DNA from: Hyphomicrobiales bacterium | GTDB taxonomy: Bacteria; Pseudomonadota; Alphaproteobacteria; Rhizobiales; Aestuariivirgaceae | NCBI GenBank assembly: GCA_031430795.1 | Contig: JANPCE010000057.1 | Coordinates: 22,643 to 86,642, forward strand | Length of the DNA: 64,000 bases | Direction: 5' to 3' | Part shown: positions 54,245-62,768 of the stretch, in pieces | How the letters are laid out: each line of letters starts with the position of its first letter | Numbering within the stretch: position 1 is the stretch's first letter | Notes under the pieces: generated by a model | What the model saw: only the letters and a program-made list of their open reading frames with translations | Database searches by the model: none | Told to the model about the DNA's origin: nothing | Translations under genes and position numbers: made by a program

Positions 54245-57200
54245 ATGTCAGTTTTTGAAGCAATCACCGCCCAAGACCATTTTTTCGTCGCCAACCCCCA
54301 TCACTACGACGTCTTCAGCAATGGTCCGGTGGACATGCTGGACTTTGCATCGGAAGTCAGCGCAACGGCAACAACCTATGAGTGGCTGACCAGCAGCGGG
54401 CACCGCATCGTAGCGCGAGGTGTGTTTACGTATTCAGGTGGCGTTGTGTCGGGTACGGTGGAGGATGTTGCCATTTACCTGGACAATGTTGGTGTTGGCG
54501 ACATTCTTGTCAACGATCTTAGCGGTGTCACAATTGCCTCCCTGCTATCGGGGCATGCAGCATTTTGGCAAACGCTCTTCTCCGGCGACGACACATTTTC
54601 CACTTCATCTTTCGGTTCCAGCTCGATCAGCGGTGACGGGTTCACAGGTGTTGACGGGGCGGCCGGCGGCAACGACGATTTCGGGGTGTTTGAGGGCAAC
54701 GTTTATACGTCTGCCGCAGGCGACTACTCAGAAATCGCGGTGGGTGCCACTGTCAGCGGCGGTGCGGACACATTCAACGTCAATGGAAACAATGTCGGTG
54801 GGGCACACCTTCAGGGCGATGCCCGCGTTGTGCCGGTAACATCAACCTTGTACGGCGGCGATGACGCTTTTTTCGGGTTGGTCAACGGTGGCACGATCAT
54901 TGGCGATGCGCATTTCACCCTCGGCGTTCTTTACGGTGGGTCGGACGAAATCAGCGTGAATAGCAATGACGCTGAAGGTCAAGTCATTGGCGACGCCTAC
55001 GTCGTGGGAGGCCCAGAGCTCGGTGGCGTGGCTGGAACGCTCTATGGCGGTGCCGATATCATCTCAGGCAATACTGACTACGTTTCAGGCGAAGCCCACC
55101 AGTTCTATCTCGGGACTTTCGTTGGTGGCGACGACATCATTACGAACAGCCGTTCGACCACAGAGTTCATTGGTGGATTGTATGGCGATGTCCGCTACAT
55201 TGAGGCCGAGGCCACAGCTGACAGCCGTTTTGTCGGTGGCGACGACCTGATCACCTACACCGGACCCTACAGTTCCAAGATCGTCGGCGACATCGGACAA
55301 TTGCTGGCGGGTGCCCTCATCACAGATATTACCTTGGGCAACGACATTTTGCGGGGCAGCAACAGTTCCGGTGTCGGGCCGGGCGGCATAATATATAGAG
55401 ACACAATCTATGGCGATTATGATTGGGACCAGGTAGGCGTCTTGACCACAGCCAAAGGCGGCCACGACTGGATTGATGGCGGCGATGGTGATGACCGCCT
55501 GTATGGTCAAACCGGCATCGACACGGTTGCCTTCGAATTCGCCACCCACACCGTCACCGTCGACCTGAACCTGCAAGGTGCCGCCCAGGCCACAGGTGGC
55601 GGATTCAATGATTTACTTGAAGGCTTTGAAAACATCTTCGGTTCAGCCCAGGCTGACACGCTGCGGGGCGATGCGGGCAACAATGTCATCGAAGGTGCAG
55701 TTGGCGGCGACACACTCGGCGGCCGGGGCGGCTATGACACGTTGAGCTACAGCAGATCAAACGCCGCTGTCACTATCTCGCTTCTCGCCAACACCGCGTC
55801 CGGCGGCCATGCCACGGGCGACGTGATCTCTGGCTTCGAAAATATCCTGGGTTCCGTACACGTTGACACGCTCACAGGCAGCAACGCCGCGAACATCATT
55901 GAGGGTGGGTTGGGTGGCGATACCATGACAGGCAATGGCGGGTTGGACACGCTGAGCTACCTGTTTTCGGATGCCGCCGTCACAGTCAATCTCTTGAACA
56001 ACACCGCATCCGGCGGCCATGCCACGGGTGATGTGTTTTCCGGTTTTGAATACGCGCTTGGCTCAGCCTTCGACGACACATTGACAGGCAGCAATGGCAT
56101 CAACATTCTGACTGGCGGCGGCGGCGGCGACACACTCTACGGCAACGGCGGGCTCGACGTGCTCAATGGTGGTGACGGTGATGACACACTGGACGGTGGC
56201 AGCGGCGTTGACTTTCTCAACGGTGGCGAGGGCAACGACCGCGTCATCTACAGCATCGCCACCACGGGCGCGTCATTCAACTTCCAGTCCCAGACTTATC
56301 AAGGCAGTGTGAACGAAACCTGGTCCGACATTGAAAGCGCCACGGGTACGCAAGGTGACGATAACTTCACACCATCATTGGCTGCCAACCACATGGATGG
56401 TCAAGGCGGCAGCGACAGTGTCGCCTACAACGACTCCAACGCAGGTGTTATGATTGATCTTGATGGTGTGACGCTTGGCATTGGGGGCCACGCCGAAGGC
56501 GACACTTTGACAGGCATCGAGAAAGTCATCGGTTCAGCATTTGACGACACGTTGACGGGTCATGCTGGCGATGACCGGCTTGAAGGCCGCAATGGTGTGG
56601 ATACTCTGACGGGTGAATTGGGTGCAGACACGCTGATTGGTGGATCAGGTGGCGACATTCTGGATGGCGGCTCGGGCGTTGACGACGTGGCATCTTACAC
56701 AAGCTCCCAGTCAGGCGTCACGGTTGGCGTCAATAGTGGTGCGGTGAACAGTGGCGGCGATGCCACGGGCGACACGCTTCTCGGCATCGAACACATCACA
56801 GGGTCGGCTTTCAATGATGTCATCACCGGCAACTCCGCGCAGAACACCTTGACAGGTGGCGACGGCGATGACGCGCTCAACGCCTCCACCAACAACGACG
56901 AGGTATACGGCGGTGGCGGCGACGACATTCTGTTGGGCGGCAACGGTGCTGACATCATCGATGGTGGAACGGAAACGCTGCTTGGCGACACGGCAAGTTA
57001 CGCCAGTTCCGCAGCCCGCATTATCGCGGACCTTTCCACCAATTTCGCCGATGGCTCGGGGCAAGGGGCGGGAGACACTTTCATCGACATCGAAAACCTT
57101 GAGGGATCCAACTTCAACGACATCCTCACCGGAGATGCCAACAACAACACGCTCTCAGGCCTCGGCGGCAATGACGAGATCAATGGCGGAGGCGGCGATG

Positions 57201-57505
57201 ACATTTTGAACGGTGCATCCGGCATCGACGAACTCAACGGCGGCCTCGGCAACGACACCTACACTGCCGGGCCCGATGGTGATTTCTACGTTTTCACCGA
57301 TGCCGCCTTCGGCCAGGATCGCATCATCGGCTTCCAGAACGGCCAGGACCTTCTGGACTTTACGGCATTGGGCTTCTCCCACGCTGACTTCAACGAAGTC
57401 GTGGTCGGCGCAGACCTCGTCCTTGAACTCATCGCCGACCCCCTGCAAACCGTGACCCTTGTCGGCATCAATCCCAATACGATTGACCAGCTGGATTTTG
57501 TGTAA
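54245..57505 (+). CDS. Large RTX-repeat calcium-binding protein (about 1086 aa) with an N-terminal region of unknown function.
   Basis: Dozens of GGxGxD nonapeptides (GGDGDDRLYG, GGGGDDILNG..) and a C-terminus ending ..NTIDQLDFV. ATG at 54245 is preferred over 54119. Confidence 0.85.
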   Translation: MSVFEAITAQDHFFVANPHHYDVFSNGPVDMLDFASEVSATATTYEWLTSSGHRIVARGVFTYSGGVVSGTVEDVAIYLDNVGVGDILVNDLSGVTIASLLSGHAAFWQTLFSGDDTFSTSSFGSSSISGDGFTGVDGAAGGNDDFGVFEGNVYTSAAGDYSEIAVGATVSGGADTFNVNGNNVGGAHLQGDARVVPVTSTLYGGDDAFFGLVNGGTIIGDAHFTLGVLYGGSDEISVNSNDAEGQVIGDAYVVGGPELGGVAGTLYGGADIISGNTDYVSGEAHQFYLGTFVGGDDIITNSRSTTEFIGGLYGDVRYIEAEATADSRFVGGDDLITYTGPYSSKIVGDIGQLLAGALITDITLGNDILRGSNSSGVGPGGIIYRDTIYGDYDWDQVGVLTTAKGGHDWIDGGDGDDRLYGQTGIDTVAFEFATHTVTVDLNLQGAAQATGGGFNDLLEGFENIFGSAQADTLRGDAGNNVIEGAVGGDTLGGRGGYDTLSYSRSNAAVTISLLANTASGGHATGDVISGFENILGSVHVDTLTGSNAANIIEGGLGGDTMTGNGGLDTLSYLFSDAAVTVNLLNNTASGGHATGDVFSGFEYALGSAFDDTLTGSNGINILTGGGGGDTLYGNGGLDVLNGGDGDDTLDGGSGVDFLNGGEGNDRVIYSIATTGASFNFQSQTYQGSVNETWSDIESATGTQGDDNFTPSLAANHMDGQGGSDSVAYNDSNAGVMIDLDGVTLGIGGHAEGDTLTGIEKVIGSAFDDTLTGHAGDDRLEGRNGVDTLTGELGADTLIGGSGGDILDGGSGVDDVASYTSSQSGVTVGVNSGAVNSGGDATGDTLLGIEHITGSAFNDVITGNSAQNTLTGGDGDDALNASTNNDEVYGGGGDDILLGGNGADIIDGGTETLLGDTASYASSAARIIADLSTNFADGSGQGAGDTFIDIENLEGSNFNDILTGDANNNTLSGLGGNDEINGGGGDDILNGASGIDELNGGLGNDTYTAGPDGDFYVFTDAAFGQDRIIGFQNGQDLLDFTALGFSHADFNEVVVGADLVLELIADPLQTVTLVGINPNTIDQLDFV
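55520..56160 (+). repeat. Three tandem in-frame units of about 210 bp (70 aa) inside the first RTX gene.
   Basis: TLSYSRSNAAVTISLLANTASGGHATGDVISGFENILGS... is followed 210 nt later by TLSYLFSDAAVTVNLLNNTASGGHATGDVFSGFEYALGS.... A more divergent unit precedes them. Confidence 0.8.
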
Positions 57506-57603
57506 CCAGAGTCGCCTGCAATTGTTGATTTTAACGATTTGGACTTACACGTACGTGATCTGGATTGTATGCAGGCGCAGGATCGTTCGCTGGAGGTACT
57601 GCC

Positions 57604-59334
57604 ATGACTGTTGTTTCTGACTATACCGCCCTCTTGACGGGCCAGACCTGGGCGGGCACGGGGTTCACCGCGAGCCCTGCTTTCGTGACGTTTTCTTTCG
57701 ATACGGTTGCGGCGGATTACGTCGATGATGGATCATATACACAAGCCTTCATTGATTCATTCACTGCCTTCGGCGCAGCTGCAAAGACGGTTGCACGGGC
57801 AGCACTCGCTGCATGGGCTGACATCTCCGGCATCACGTTGTTTGAGGTTGCAGCGGGTCAGGGCGATCTGCGGTTTGGCGGCTATGATTTCACCCTCGAC
57901 CCCGACACCGCCGCATTTGCAGGGTTTGCCTATCATCCGGCAACGGATGTTGAACAGTACTTCGCTTTTCGCGATGCACTGGGCGGAGATGTTTTCATCG
58001 ATCTCAACTATGTGACGGACACTTTCATCCTGCTGCATGAGGTTGGCCATGCCATGGGATTCAAGCATCCGTTTGAGGGAGATCCGACACTTTTGCCCGC
58101 ACTCGACAACCACGACAACACGGTGATGAGCTACACCGGAAACAACAATCCGTTTTTGGGGCCGTTTGATGTGCAGGCCGTGCAGTCAGTCTATTGCCTC
58201 AATGCGGCGGACGGCACACAGGTGGCCTCGTGGTCGTGGAATGCCGGAACCGAGACCCTCACCCAATCCGGCGATGCCGCCGCCAACAGGATTTTCGGCG
58301 TCTCGGTGCGCGACGTGATCAACGGCAGCGGCGGCAATGATTTCATCGGCGGTTTTGGGGGTGATGACGTTTTGAATGGCGGCAGCGGAGACGATTCGTT
58401 GCACGGCGGCGACGGTGCCGACATGCTGGTTGGCGGCCTCGGCAATGATCGTTTCACCGGAGGACTGGGTGCGGACACGCTGAATGGCGGCAGCGGCTTG
58501 AATGACCTCATCGATTATTTTGAATCTGCCGAAGGCATTGTTGTTGGCACCAACAATGGCGCGGTGAACACCGGCGGTGACGCCGCCGGTGACATTCTGC
58601 TTGGCATCGAAGACATTTATGGCAGCGACTTCGCAGACACCATCACAGGTAATTCGGCGCAAAACTTTCTGCTTGGTGCTGACGGCGATGACGCGCTCAA
58701 CAGCAGCAGCAACAATGATGTGTTGTTTGGCGGCAACGGTGACGACGTGCTGCTGGGTGGCGCGGGCGCAGACTATATTGATGGAGAAGGCAACACCCTA
58801 GTTGGCGATACCGTGTCTTTCTCCAATGCCGGAGCACGCATCACCCTCACCCTTGTCAACGGCGGCGGCACAGCCACTGGCTCCGGCCAGGGCGGCGGCG
58901 ACACCATCGTCAACGTCGAGAATATCACTGGCTCCGCCTTCAACGACATCCTCACGGGCGATGCCAACGCCAACACCATCTTGGGCGGGGCAGGCAACGA
59001 CACGCTGAATGGCGGTGATGGTGACGACACAATCAACGGCCAAGGCGGGTTGGACACCATCAATGGCGGCGGTGGTGATGATGTTCTGATCGGCGGGCCG
59101 GACGCCGACAAATTCGTCTACAACATCGCCGCACTCTGGGATGATGATCAAATTCTCGGCTGGCAGAACAATGTCGACAAGATTGATCTCGTGGGTGCCG
59201 GCTTCGACTTCGCAGATTTCACCGAAACCCAATCCGGCGCCGACACCCTCCTCACCCTCACCATCAACCCCGCCCACTCCATCCGGCTGGTGGGCATCAA
59301 TGCGAATACGATTGACGCGACGGATTTTGTTTGA
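57604..59334 (+). CDS. Serralysin-type (M10B) zinc metalloprotease with a C-terminal RTX domain.
   Basis: Metzincin motif HEVGHAMGFKHPF, Met-turn TVMSY, serralysin-like N-terminal VTFSF, RTX nonapeptides, and a C-terminus ending ..DATDFV. Confidence 0.88.
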   Translation: MTVVSDYTALLTGQTWAGTGFTASPAFVTFSFDTVAADYVDDGSYTQAFIDSFTAFGAAAKTVARAALAAWADISGITLFEVAAGQGDLRFGGYDFTLDPDTAAFAGFAYHPATDVEQYFAFRDALGGDVFIDLNYVTDTFILLHEVGHAMGFKHPFEGDPTLLPALDNHDNTVMSYTGNNNPFLGPFDVQAVQSVYCLNAADGTQVASWSWNAGTETLTQSGDAAANRIFGVSVRDVINGSGGNDFIGGFGGDDVLNGGSGDDSLHGGDGADMLVGGLGNDRFTGGLGADTLNGGSGLNDLIDYFESAEGIVVGTNNGAVNTGGDAAGDILLGIEDIYGSDFADTITGNSAQNFLLGADGDDALNSSSNNDVLFGGNGDDVLLGGAGADYIDGEGNTLVGDTVSFSNAGARITLTLVNGGGTATGSGQGGGDTIVNVENITGSAFNDILTGDANANTILGGAGNDTLNGGDGDDTINGQGGLDTINGGGGDDVLIGGPDADKFVYNIAALWDDDQILGWQNNVDKIDLVGAGFDFADFTETQSGADTLLTLTINPAHSIRLVGINANTIDATDFV

Positions 59335-59433
59335 TGCCTGGCCTTTGCACGGGGCATTGACTTGGCCAATGCGCCGCCGCACACTTTGCAAGTTGGGGGC
59401 ATGAGCACAGAACTTTTGTGAAAGGCCGCAAAT

Positions 59434-61908
59434 ATGGCAACCTTCACCGTAACTTCCATGTTGGACGACAATGGCGCGGGGTTGACGCTTCGCGAAGCCG
59501 TCGTGTTGGCCAATGCCAATGCCAATGCAGACACCATCGTGTTTGCCGCCGATTTGGCCGGAGATACCATTACACTGACAGCCGGGGCGCTTTCGATCAC
59601 AAGCGCAGTGACCATCAACGGCGACCTTAATGGTGATGGCGATTTTGACATTGAGATCAGTGGCGGCGGCGACAGCCACCATTTCAATATCTCTTCATAT
59701 GCCGCTGTCACATTGAATTCGTTGAGCCTCTCCTACGGCTACAGCATTGCCGCGCTCAGCAATACGCCCTTTGCCGGTTCCATCGTCAACGCGGGTACGC
59801 TCATCATCAACAACAGCCTGTTTTTCGACAACGCCGCCAACACATTCAACCTGGCACCGCCTCCGGATGTGTTCACTCATGGCTCAAACGCGGCAGGCCA
59901 CATCTTCAACAGCGGGTATCTCTCTATCACTGATTCACACATGGTGGCAGGCGACGGCAGGGGCGGCATTGGCGCCACTGGCGCGTATAACAATGGTGGA
60001 CCTGGGGGTACAGCTGTCGGCGGCGGAATTGGTGTTGGTGGCATCATGAGCACAGGTGTTCTGACAATGAACCGCTTGCAGATCAGTGGTTCCCTAGGTT
60101 CGGGCGGAACTGGCGGAACGGGTGGCGACTCGGCCACCAACACAGGTGGCAACGGTGGTGTTGGCGGTGGTGGTGTTGGTGCCATACTTGCCTACGGCAC
60201 AATTGGGGGAACAGTGCAGAACACTTCCAGTCCCGCATTCTCGGGTGCGGGCGGTTTGGGCGGGTTCGGACCACTTGGCACCGGACAACAGGGCGGAACC
60301 AGCTTTGCTTTCCAGGGCATCGTCGACGATGCAACTGGTTCATTCACCGCCGTCTCCAACCTCGGCACATTCAATGGCGACAACATTTCAGGCATCGTCG
60401 GCACGTTCTTTGGCATGGGCGGCAATGACCAGCTGACTGGTGTCAGTGGCAGCACCCTGCACGGCGGCACAGGCAATGATGTACTTTCCTCTTTGGCTCT
60501 TGCCAGCGCCTACGGCGGCGTCGGCAACGACACCCTTGTCAACAGCTTTGTCAGTGGCGGCACATGGGATGGTGGTGCGGGCAATGACACACTGGATGTC
60601 AGCCAGGACAGTTTCAATGGCCAAAGCTTTGACCTCGGTGCCGCCAGTTTCACGATTTTCAGCGCAGCCTTCTCCAACTTTGAAAACCTCATCGCCACCC
60701 AGGGCAATGACACCATCATCGGCAGCAGCACGGCTAACAGCATCAATGGATTCAGCGGGTCTGACACCATCAACGGCGGTGCCGGGGCTGACATCCTGGA
60801 TGGTGGTGCGGGCTTGGGCGACACACTCGTCTATGCCACCTCCAATGCTGGTGTCACCATCAACCTGCAAACAGGTGCAGCTTCCGGTGGCCATGCCACG
60901 GGCGACTTGGTCTCCAACTTCGAGAACGTCACCGGCTCCAACCACGCCGACACTCTGACGGGTACAAATGGCAACAATGTATTGAACGGCGGTGCCAATG
61001 TCGACAGCCTGAACGGTGGCGGGGGCGATGACACGCTGATTGGCGGAACGGGTGGCGACACGCTGAATGGCGGATCGGGCCTGCGTGACGTCGCGGACTA
61101 TACGAATTCCGATGCAGGCGTGACAGTCAGCATTGGCGGTGTGCCCTCCGCCGCAGGTGGGCACGCGGCCGGCGACACACTGACTCTGATTGAAGACCTC
61201 ACTGGCTCCGCGTTTGCCGACACGCTTTCCGGCAACAGCAACCAGAACATCCTGATTGGCGGCAACGGTGCGGATACGCTCAGTTCGTCAAACAACAATG
61301 ACCAGCTGTTTGGCGGCAACGGGGATGACGTTTTGAATGGCGGCGTGGGTGCGGACATCATCGATGGAGGGGCGAACAATGATACGGTGTCGTTTGCAGG
61401 CATCGGTGCGCGAATTGTGCTCACACTTTTGAATGGCGCCGGTACGGCGACAGGTTCTGGCCAGGGGGCGGGTGATACCATCACCAATATTGAGAACATC
61501 ACCGGCACCAGCTTCAACGACATCCTGACGGGCGACGCATTTGGCAACGTGATCCTTGGGGGGGCCGGCAATGACACCCTGAATGGCGGCGGCGGTGCCG
61601 ACACCATCAGTGGCCAGGGCGGGCTTGACACCATCAATGGCGGGGCTGGTGACGACACGCTCATCGGCGGGCCGGACGCCGACAAGTTTGTCTATAACAT
61701 CGCCGCACTCTGGGATGATGACCAGATCATCGGCTGGCAGAACAACGTCGACAAGATCGACCTCGTGGGCGCTGGATTTAATTTCGCCGACTTCACGGAA
61801 ACGCAAGCCGGTGCCGACACACTCCTCACCCTCACCGCAAACCCCGCCCACAGCATCCGGCTTGTCGGCATCAACGCCAATACGATTGATGCGACGGATT
61901 TTGTGTGA
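59434..61908 (+). CDS. RTX-repeat protein with a CSLREA-like/beta-helix head and a glycine-rich segment.
   Basis: N-terminal GLTLREAVVLANANANADTIVFAADLAGDTITL, a GGxGG-rich stretch, then RTX nonapeptides. The last 75 aa are identical to the protease tail at 71 of 75 positions. Confidence 0.85.
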   Translation: MATFTVTSMLDDNGAGLTLREAVVLANANANADTIVFAADLAGDTITLTAGALSITSAVTINGDLNGDGDFDIEISGGGDSHHFNISSYAAVTLNSLSLSYGYSIAALSNTPFAGSIVNAGTLIINNSLFFDNAANTFNLAPPPDVFTHGSNAAGHIFNSGYLSITDSHMVAGDGRGGIGATGAYNNGGPGGTAVGGGIGVGGIMSTGVLTMNRLQISGSLGSGGTGGTGGDSATNTGGNGGVGGGGVGAILAYGTIGGTVQNTSSPAFSGAGGLGGFGPLGTGQQGGTSFAFQGIVDDATGSFTAVSNLGTFNGDNISGIVGTFFGMGGNDQLTGVSGSTLHGGTGNDVLSSLALASAYGGVGNDTLVNSFVSGGTWDGGAGNDTLDVSQDSFNGQSFDLGAASFTIFSAAFSNFENLIATQGNDTIIGSSTANSINGFSGSDTINGGAGADILDGGAGLGDTLVYATSNAGVTINLQTGAASGGHATGDLVSNFENVTGSNHADTLTGTNGNNVLNGGANVDSLNGGGGDDTLIGGTGGDTLNGGSGLRDVADYTNSDAGVTVSIGGVPSAAGGHAAGDTLTLIEDLTGSAFADTLSGNSNQNILIGGNGADTLSSSNNNDQLFGGNGDDVLNGGVGADIIDGGANNDTVSFAGIGARIVLTLLNGAGTATGSGQGAGDTITNIENITGTSFNDILTGDAFGNVILGGAGNDTLNGGGGADTISGQGGLDTINGGAGDDTLIGGPDADKFVYNIAALWDDDQIIGWQNNVDKIDLVGAGFNFADFTETQAGADTLLTLTANPAHSIRLVGINANTIDATDFV

Positions 61909-61929
61909 TGGACAAATATCGGCTGTTAA

Positions 61930-62047
61930 AATTCATGATGACATTCTGCGGCTCTATGGTGGCGTTTCCTTTTTTCTAAAGCGCAGGCATTCGACAATCG
62001 GACATTTAAGCCCTATTGAATTTAAAAGGAGAGCGGAAGTTTCTTAA
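61930..62047 (+). mobile_element. C-terminal remnant of an IS3-family transposase (OrfB integrase-core tail).
   Basis: The translation ..ILRLYGGVSFFLKRRHSTIGHLSPIEFKRRAEVS* matches the conserved IS3/IS150 tail (FYNxxRxHSxLGYxSPxxFE). No upstream transposase body is present. Confidence 0.55.
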
Positions 62048-62091
62048 GCAAATGTCCGTGAAACCGGCAGCAGCTCAAAAAGGTGTCAATC

Positions 62092-62691
62092 ATGCCCGAC
62101 TTCTGGTTCTCTATTGGCAGCACTTATACATACTTGTCAGTGATGCGGCTGGCTCAGGTCGAGAGTGACACCGGGATCACTTTCCGCTGGCGGCCCTTCA
62201 ATGTGCGATCCATCATGATCGATATGGATAACATCCCCTTCGCGAAGAAGCCGATAAAGGCAGCTTACATGTGGAGGGATATCGAACGACGTTCGAAGCT
62301 GCGGGGGCTCTCGGCAAAATTCCCTGTGCCTTATCCCCTTGCGGAGTTGGAGAGAGCCAACCGGGTTGCGTGCATTGGGGCCGTAGACGGGTGGTGTGCC
62401 GCCTACGTCCGCTCAAGTTATCGGCGCTGGTTCGAGGCTGGGCAACCGGCAGGGAGCGAGCCAAATATTTCTGAGAGTATCAGAGATGCAGGCGCCGATC
62501 CGGGGGAGATCTTGAGGCGAGCTGATGCAGAAGAAGGAAGACAGGGACTCATCGCCGCAACTGAAGAAGCCAAAAGCCTTGGAATCTTCGGTTCACCGAA
62601 TTTTGTTGTCGGCCGCGAATTATTCTGGGGCGATGACAGGCTTGAAGACGCCATTGCATATGCAGGTGAAAACGGCGACGCCTCCCGTTGA
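62092..62691 (+). CDS. DsbA-like thioredoxin-fold protein (2-hydroxychromene-2-carboxylate isomerase family).
   Basis: FWFSIGSTYTYLS N-terminus and C-terminal GIFGSPNFVVGRELFWGDDRLE, both typical of the family. The start is either ATG 62092 or GTG 62083. Confidence 0.65.
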   Translation: MPDFWFSIGSTYTYLSVMRLAQVESDTGITFRWRPFNVRSIMIDMDNIPFAKKPIKAAYMWRDIERRSKLRGLSAKFPVPYPLAELERANRVACIGAVDGWCAAYVRSSYRRWFEAGQPAGSEPNISESIRDAGADPGEILRRADAEEGRQGLIAATEEAKSLGIFGSPNFVVGRELFWGDDRLEDAIAYAGENGDASR

Positions 62692-62768
62692 TTTGAGCTG
62701 ATGGAGGGTGGATGAAGAGGCAGTCTCACCAGACAAATCAATCAACGAAAGTGTTGGGGTATAAGCGA

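Noticed and set aside
55520-56160. Whether the regularly spaced repeats could be a CRISPR array.
   Set aside because: The repeats are 210-bp in-frame coding units with no unique spacers and lie inside an RTX ORF. No short palindromic repeat and spacer structure or cas genes occur anywhere in the window.
58798-61851. Long minus-strand and alternative-frame ORFs inside the RTX genes (58798-59682, 59148-59711, 60388-61164, 61098-61685, 61288-61851, and 61583-62047 on the plus strand).
   Set aside because: They are antisense or frame-shifted readings of GGxGxD-encoding repeats, giving Pro/Ser/Val-rich low-complexity products. The sense frames carry clear RTX, metzincin and secretion-tail motifs. 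Only the last approximately 118 nt of 61583-62047 are kept, as the IS3 remnant.
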